NCBI GenBank assembly: GCA_001687465.1
Contig: LVLI01000406.1
Span: 1 to 57,639 of the forward strand
DNA: 57,639 bases
DNA from: Halocafeteria seosinensis
Lineage: Eukaryota
Reading direction: 5' to 3'
The notes under the pieces were generated by a model. The model had not been told where the DNA came from. It saw nothing but the letters and a program-made list of their open reading frames with translations, and searched no databases. This document shows, piece by piece, positions 50,756 to 57,639 of the stretch (position 1 is the first letter of the stretch; each line of letters starts with the position of its first letter). Made by a program: the position numbers and the translations under genes.

Positions 50756-52729
50756 ATGCCGCGAAAGCGACTGGCTCCGGGTGATAATGGGAGCAGACGT
50801 CAAAGGAGGAGGAGGCGTGGAGGTGGTCGTGGTACAGGTAGAGAATCCCGTGGACGGGGACGCAGACAACACGTGGAGCCCTCGGAAGCGTTCCTACAAG
50901 CGTTAGAGGAGCAACGGGAAGGTATGTGGGCCCCCAATTCAATGTCACACACTGTGGTGTGGTGTGGTGTGGTGTGGTACATATGCATGGTTTTTATTTG
51001 TTACTCATGGCGTTCAGCATTGGCGAGAGAGCGAGAAGAACAAAAGCAACGACAACTAGAGAGTGACGAGGTAGAACATGCAACACCAACAACAGATGAT
51101 AGCAAACTATCTCCCAAGGATGCTGCCAAGGAACACGTCCTCGAGCTAGTCATACCACCAAGCCGTCGAAATTCTCAGCAAAAACGCAGCAACGGTCCAA
51201 CCATGTCAATTGTTCACGCCCAGACGAGGCTGTCCATCGGCACGTTGCCAAAGCAGGACAGACTGAAAATTCTGGCTAGATGGGAAAACAGAAAATGGGG
51301 AAAACGCGTAAGCCTCGAGTTTCAGTCTTCCTGGGATGTAAATGATCCAGTTTGGAAAATGTTAGCTCATCCGTTTTTACCGAACCTGGTTCTTCGCCAT
51401 CTGTATCCTTCATCAACCGTCAGCTGCGTGGAACTATACGTATTCTATTATATGCTTGCGTCCGGCCGGATAGCACGACACCACCTCAAGTCGTGGGTTT
51501 TTGAGGTGGAGGACATTCACTCAGTCTCGAAGGGGCATACAGTCAGATGGATACCGTATAAGAACCGATTAGCATTTTTGATCGGCTGTTATCAACGAAA
51601 TCGTGCTCTAGTAGTTAGCATCAATTCCGAGGAGCTTGTTCACTGCCTTTCTAGCCGGGAACAAGCAGCACCCGAGTGGGTATCCTGGGAGCGTAGGCAG
51701 TATGCACAAGGGCTTTCCGACCATCCTGATGCCCCACCTCCTGCGCTTTATTTTGGGGCAAACCGGTGGTTGACAACTGGTTCAAAGTATCATCAGCAAC
51801 GGGTGCTACAGTTTCATAAGGAGAGTGAACCACAAGCTGCCCGAATAGCACTCCCACTCGGAGTCGAGATAGAGCGGTTAGCTATGTTGTCACTTGCTGA
51901 TGATACTGGAAATACAAATGGTATAACAGCACTGGTGGCTCTTCGTAACGGGCTTATATGCCTTTGGGCTCCCCACCTGTGCTCGTTAAGGACTATCATC
52001 GCTCTCCCGACCAAGTGCTCGGAGATAAAACCCGTGTATTATACCGACGGCGTACTCCTAGAACGCTGGTTCACTTTAGGGACAGAGTCCATGGAGGAAG
52101 CTGCTTTTTATGGAACTCCGTACGTCTTTCTTCGTGACATGGAGGGGTTTGCAGCAGTGTATAATTTAGAAGCATTGCTGCTGTATGGCCCACCCACCAC
52201 TCGAGGTCCCTCGAGAAGTGGACTCTCGTTGAGCCAAAGCCGAAATGCTCCCTTACCATTCAACAAACTAGATGCGAGACGGATTCCCAAGCTTCGTGAG
52301 TTTCCACAAGATGCTTCCGTGGACTCTCAGTTCTTCATTTTTGGTTCGCGCGTTCTCACCTCCAAAGGAACTTGTCGAGGGGTAACTGCGATTTGGCCAC
52401 TGTGGCATAATGGAGACGCCCTCATTTCGTGGAATGTACGTATGATTACCACTCATCAGATCGTTTGGTGGCAAACAAGTGGCGACGAGGGAGGGACATG
52501 TGATGATGTCCTTGTGGACTATGGTATGTATTTCCTGTATCTGATCGACAAATCAGTAACTGTGAGCAAACTCATTAACCATCTGAAGGGTAGGTCCACA
52601 TTGACCGTCTCTACAGAACCGGGCTCATTTACACCGGATACATTTTGTCCCTTAACATGGACGCAAGATGTTCTAAATATGGGGCCCGTAAAAGAATTCG
52701 CATTGACGGAGATCGAGGGCTGCGGATAA
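50756..52729 (+). CDS. Hypothetical protein with basic NLS-like N-terminus
   Basis: Long ORF; probable in-frame intron near 50922-51017; no family recognised. Confidence 0.6.
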   Translation: MPRKRLAPGDNGSRRQRRRRRGGGRGTGRESRGRGRRQHVEPSEAFLQALEEQREGMWAPNSMSHTVVWCGVVWYICMVFICYSWRSALAREREEQKQRQLESDEVEHATPTTDDSKLSPKDAAKEHVLELVIPPSRRNSQQKRSNGPTMSIVHAQTRLSIGTLPKQDRLKILARWENRKWGKRVSLEFQSSWDVNDPVWKMLAHPFLPNLVLRHLYPSSTVSCVELYVFYYMLASGRIARHHLKSWVFEVEDIHSVSKGHTVRWIPYKNRLAFLIGCYQRNRALVVSINSEELVHCLSSREQAAPEWVSWERRQYAQGLSDHPDAPPPALYFGANRWLTTGSKYHQQRVLQFHKESEPQAARIALPLGVEIERLAMLSLADDTGNTNGITALVALRNGLICLWAPHLCSLRTIIALPTKCSEIKPVYYTDGVLLERWFTLGTESMEEAAFYGTPYVFLRDMEGFAAVYNLEALLLYGPPTTRGPSRSGLSLSQSRNAPLPFNKLDARRIPKLREFPQDASVDSQFFIFGSRVLTSKGTCRGVTAIWPLWHNGDALISWNVRMITTHQIVWWQTSGDEGGTCDDVLVDYGMYFLYLIDKSVTVSKLINHLKGRSTLTVSTEPGSFTPDTFCPLTWTQDVLNMGPVKEFALTEIEGCG

Positions 52730-52769
52730 AGGCTCAGTCAGTGGAGCTGTTATCAATAGAGTGCACGCC

Positions 52770-54328
52770 TTAAAGTTCATTGATGTTTGGAAGTTCTACT
52801 TCAGGTATTATCTTTTCGAGCAAACATCCCATTCCTAGCAAGTCTCTATCGCTACCCGGAATACCGTCGACGCTAATCCCAACAGGAACGTTGTGCGACC
52901 TAGTTTTCCCTATGCTCATGGATAAGCTAGGTAGTCCAGCATTCGCAGAAAACTCTGTGTTGCGAATATGCGTCGCAAACATGGGATGCTGCGTATCGTC
53001 TAGAGTTACGAACTCTCCCTCCCGTATTGTTGAAGGGGGTACGGGGGTTGTCGGCATGACGATCGCCTTAACGCCGTGGAACTCCATTACTTCTTTCAGC
53101 AGCTGTTGCAACCGTGAGCGTTTGGTGTTGACGAGTTCTTTACATGCCGACTCAGAATGAGGACTATCCACAAATAGTGCTTCATGAATGTTCGGAGACT
53201 TCGCCTGTCCTGTTACTTCCTGGAGATTGCGGGGTTTATGCATCTGGTGATGTTGAAGGTAATTGGTGATGTCATTCGAGGCTTCATGAAGCAACATTTT
53301 CGACGATAGCTCTTTGTTCAAGGAAATAAGCTCCTCCGGAAAATCAATGGGTTGGATGGCGACTCCCCTGTTACGCAATCGCCCCAATAGTCTGGTACAC
53401 AAGAACTTGACACCGTCGTCGAGATTGTCCCAAAAGAACCGGTTTGGAACCCCGATCTTACATTCTGCTGGAGGTAGCGGATCGACTCTTGTCGGATGGC
53501 TTTCTCCTGCCAATATCGAATCTAGGAGGGATAAGTCACTCACAGTGCGAGCCATCGGAACCGGAGCATCCCGCGTTGAACACAGCTGCAGAACGCAATC
53601 GGACGCTGCATTGTCCGTATATCTCCTGGTCGAGGGCCGGAATGAGTGGCAACCACAAAATACTGCCGATATTTGTGATGAACCAGCGTCGTCATTTCCA
53701 ATGCCGAAAGGGGTGACGCCAGCTCCAACAATGGCTCCTGTTCCCGAAGCCGCTCCACCAGCAATGAACGCCGTATTGTGAGGGTTCTTAGTTGCTCCTG
53801 TATGTGGATTAATACCGCTGGTCCCAAATCCCAGCTCGTGCATGTTGTTCTTGCCGACAGGGATAGCTCCCGCCCGCAGCAATCTCTGGATGCATTCCAG
53901 GGGCTGCTGATCTTCACCTACGAGATTGTCTGCTAACGCTGGAGTGCCCGCTGTCGTCTTGACCCCGGGTAGATCAAAGCAATCTTCTATACAAAACGGT
54001 ACTCCTCGAAGTGGTTTCTCTGCATTTTCCTCCCCAGTGCCCTGCTCTTGTTCATACGTTGAATTGAGCCTCAAAGCTTGCTCGGCACTCAGAACGGTGA
54101 TAAAGGCGTTGAGTTCTGACACACGGCTAATGTCGCCCAGCACCTGTTCCAGGATCCTGTGTTTGTCCGTGGTCCCGCCAGCCACAGCTTCCGTGTACAC
54201 TTTAATACTCGACCCACGAGGAGTGGTATCCTGCATGTAGACGTCAATAAACCCCCTTGTACACATATATACCACGCACACTTCCTCGATGGGGGTGTTC
54301 TCACACGTACCTGCGGACTCTCGCTCAT
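52770..54328 (-). CDS. Amidase-signature protein (IaaH/mandelamide hydrolase-like), catalytic residues substituted
   Basis: PLRGVP, TTAGTPAL, GKNNMHELGFG, NPHN, ANAGLPSLS; micro-exon MSESPQ| then an intron before DTTPRG. Confidence 0.88.
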
Positions 54329-55324
54329 GATTTTTCCCTTGTCAGCTCACTACAGCTTCCACAAACCAATACACTTTCTTCTAGGACATTGTTAGCACTG
54401 GACAGTACCAGTTCTGGAAGACCAATAGCGTCGAATAACACACTTCCTTCCACAGTTTTTGTTGTGAAGTTGCGGGACGGGATCTTCACATACTGCACTG
54501 GAGCTCAATTTCCCCCTGAAGTCGCGGTAGCTTGGAAGAGGATACCCCACATAACCATAGGTAAACAGTTGTGAGCTGCGGCGCATTGAGCACTTTAATG
54601 CGACGCTCGAAGCACAGCGCCGCTTGCACCATGACCACGGCACGTACGGTTGCATCAACGAAGTCTTGTAGAATCTTCTTGAAGAGGGATAGCGAAAGCC
54701 CATGGTAGAGCCGTTCACTTTTTTCACTTGCTGGGCCTGCTCCTCCGAAAAAGGAGCTGAATTGTCACGACAGTGTATCTCAGTGCCGAGGAATCATTAG
54801 AGTATGCCGTGTAGCTGCTGCTCGTATTAGTTCCAAATATTTGCTGGATTTGCTTATGGGTCGAAACTCCAGGTTGACAAAAGCCATAATTTGAGGATCA
54901 CGGACCATGGAATCTATGACGCGACCAACACCGTTGTGGGCACCGTTTCTGCGTTATCGTGGTGCTCGGTCGCCACGAGCGAAGTTGTCATTGCCGATTT
55001 CGAAAAAGATGACCTTCCCGTCTATTACGAAGACACGAGTCTACACACACACACAAATGTCTACACACACTTTCACAGCGAATCTGCCTGCGTCATCCCC
55101 GCTAGTCACCCTATGTTCGTTCAGTTTCAATACATACACGGCAGCAAGTGAATAACTTTATACATATTTTGCCTACCACTTTGTTAAATCTGATGCATAA
55201 AGCACAGTTATCGGTGATTATGTCCCCATCAACATTCGATTCCACTACACTGTACAACACCAATTCATGCTTCTTTTAAACATTGCAAAATTTTGCGATT
55301 CCTCCTTAGTTTGTTACGATCCTC

Positions 55325-55411
55325 AACTCCCTTAATGAGTGTATTGACATTTGATATGTCATTGTGCATGTCCGTTATACGGTAATAGAGGTCGACGAGC
55401 TCGCATATGAT
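55325..55411. repeat. Dispersed ~90-bp repeat, inverted homologue of about 3022-3110
   Basis: Shared tagaggtcgacgagctc, gtattgacat and aactcc blocks. Confidence 0.75.
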
Positions 55412-55734
55412 AAAAAAAAAACTGTAGATGAACGACTGTATAATATTCCTTGAGACGGGGGCCGAGCTGCATAGAGGAAATGTGGATTCCGTAATATTCA
55501 AGTAACAAGTCACTTAGGTCGCTATTTTTACCAGGACAAGCATGATGCTGAACTCCTTCCTACACGTAGTATCCACATATGGCTCTGTATGGCTCGTACT
55601 CCCTAAACGACAATGCGAGTACTGCTGGCCCACAACTGTTTTCGTGGATCGAACGACAATGATGCTCAATACCTCAACGATCAGATCCACCCCAAATTTC
55701 AAACAATGTTACCCCTAGGGGTAACGTCTGAAAT

Positions 55735-55860
55735 TCGGACTCGCGGATGCAAACTACTGTACTGTATCTGTCACATATGTGTGTGTGCAAACTACGACGG
55801 CTACTGGCGCAAACCAAAGTTACAGAAACACCTGGGCAAAATACCGTAGAGAGTGTAACT
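55735..55860 (+). mobile_element. CRE-like retrotransposon relic interrupted by a 28-nt insertion
   Basis: After removing the insert it reads GLADANYDGYWRKPKLQKHLGK versus GLPDANYEGDWNKTKIQEYLGQ at about 56897-56962. Confidence 0.75.
55758..55785 (+). mobile_element. Ultra-short 3'-end copy of the (GT)n-tailed element with 10-bp TSD
   Basis: TGCAAACTAC [TGTACTG TATCTGTCACATATGTGTGTG] TGCAAACTAC. Confidence 0.85.
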
Positions 55861-56017
55861 TACTTCAAAGCTAATTGAGAAGTTTGTCGGTGTCTTGTAT
55901 ACGCATGGGTTCGTAAGTGGAAATGAAACGCAACGTACGTTGCGGGGAGACGGTCTCCCGGAAACCTTGATGAAGCCGAACGGGAGTATGCGACAAACAA
56001 GGCAGCCCATGGGAAAC

Positions 56018-56070
<53 letters not shown>
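56018..56070. repeat. (GA)n microsatellite
   Basis: Slightly interrupted GA run. Confidence 0.95.
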
Positions 56071-56339
56071 TCTACTAGACCCATATCAAGCCCATTCTCA
56101 CCAACGACAGCGCAAGGCAAAGAGGATTCCCAGAGTAGTGAAATGAATTTCGCCTGTGAATATGCAAACGCAAATAGGAGGAAGTGTACTTGATTTGTTC
56201 CGGGTTGGTTGGACTAAACCTGAAATTTGCGACGTTTTCCACCGTTAGCATTAAGCGTTCGTGTCCTGTTTCATCCGATACAGTTAACATGGATAAAGTA
56301 GCACCTGTCCTGGGGAAATGTTTTGAGCACGTCAACAGT

Positions 56340-57395
56340 ACAGGTGGAACCTCACCTGAGGGACCATGCTCCTTTTCTTTTTTGACTTTCGTAGAGCGTG
56401 TCTATCAGCTCAGCTTCAGCGTGGTATTGCAATTCTGGGAGTCCCGTACGGTAATGAACAATTTCAGGAAAACTATGTACGGAAACGAACCACACTTGAT
56501 AGCCGGCATTGAAAGAAGCATGGAGAATAGGACTAGAACTGCAGGCCACGATGACACTATTGACCAACTCAATCGCAAGACAACCCAACTACTGGCTTCG
56601 CACCCTCAGCCCGGAGGGTAGCAAAAGGCCACCGGAAGAGTTCAACCAGGATATGGCCTACGATGGTGCGCAAAGCGCTCAAATGGCAAGATGAGCTCCC
56701 CTATACTCCCCGCCCACACCATCCAGGAGGACTGGGGATAATCATCCCAGACCACGCAGCAGAAGCATCGCCGGGGCTATCGACGCGTCAAAAACGATCC
56801 AACAAGTGCCTGGAGACGAAAAGGACCCGCTCGCGCAATATCGCAAGAAGCCGCCGCCATACTCGTGGCGAGTCAGAACGGCTACAGGAAACGATCGGAC
56901 TCCCGGATGCGAACTACGAAGGCGACTGGAACAAAACGAAGATACAAGAATACCTTGGGCAAGATGCTGCAGAGAGTAGCTACACGGACTCTGAAAGGGA
57001 CGCTGAACCCACAGCCGGAAGCGTTACTGACAGCATGCCAAGCGGACGGAGCAGCAGCATGGCTATACGCAGCACCAAGGAAAGGGTTTACACTAACCGA
57101 CGCCGAAGTACATGGTAGCACTGCGCCTACGCCTAGGGCTCCCCCAAACTAACCTGTTTACGGGGCCATCCGGTTAATGCTGTGGAGAAGGACCGATCGA
57201 CGAGCTATTGCACCACGCACGGGGGGTGCGGCAAAGAAGGAAAAGCCACACGAAGGATCCGCCGTCATGACGGGATAGCAGCGGAACTGGAGAACTACAT
57301 TCGCATGAATCAAATGCCAGTGGAGAGAGAGATGCTCGTAGGCCCGCGAAACGAAGGAGAGGCGAGGCCAGTAATGGACCTGCTAGCAAAGGGCC
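56340..57395 (+). mobile_element. Frameshifted 3' half of a CRE-like (RLE) non-LTR retrotransposon
   Basis: NYWLRTLSP, GGLGI, GAAAWLYAAP, ALRLRLGLP, C-G..HH.RGC Zn knuckle, RRHDGI, VEREM..RPVMDLL (start of RLE); left boundary approximate. Confidence 0.8.
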
Positions 57396-57639
57396 CACAC
57401 ACACACAAATGTGACAGATAGCCCACCGGCCGGGAAGTTGACCACATCCTCTTAACGAGGAGCGGTAAGCGCCCGTGTTAAGCAGCGACCGTCCCGCTGT
57501 TCCTGCAGCCTTGCTGACATGCGCCGTGGGGGAACACAGCACTGGTTAAGCTCAGGAGGCATCGGGGGAGGAGCCATGCCTGCGCCCACAATGTCAGAGG
57601 TACCGACAAGGCTCAGTCTGGCAGGAGAAGACCCTGAGC
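57396..57639 (-). mobile_element. (GT)n-tailed element, copy running off the window end
   Basis: Near-identical to about 15857-16098; its tail abuts the truncated RLE domain. Confidence 0.92.

Noticed and set aside
54891..55040. MULE transposase fragment (VIADFEK)
   Set aside because: Single short motif with no supporting context.

Overview
Gene-dense eukaryotic (protist-type) genomic DNA with short GT-AG introns of about 65-80 nt. A compact housekeeping block runs from about 23 to 54 kb: PIF1 helicase, snRNP27, G-protein beta, subtilisin-EGF, PH-RCC1-FYVE, a secreted double-kinase/beta-helix protein, TLC, rhomboid, PH-formin, TMEM53 and an amidase. A smaller block at 10.5-15.3 kb holds a neutral sphingomyelinase-like gene, an Mpv17/PMP22-like gene and an RRG7-like gene. 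Three mobile-element-rich islands (about 0-10, 15.6-22.6 and 54.8-57.6 kb) contain Crinkler/RHS-type effector genes, a hAT-like TIR element, relics of CRE-like (restriction-like endonuclease, RLE) non-LTR retrotransposons and a GLUG-repeat surface protein. The standout is a repeated element with a fixed 3' end (GGTGGGCTATCTGTCACATWTGTGTGTGTGT), present in 5-6 variably 5'-truncated copies. Its longest copy encodes a chromodomain. One 28-nt copy carries a 10-bp target-site duplication whose empty site is preserved in a paralogue within the window, and all copies lie in the TE/effector islands. It is a candidate chromodomain-bearing, (GT)n-tailed non-LTR retrotransposon. All calls come from motif reading by eye; no database searches were run.
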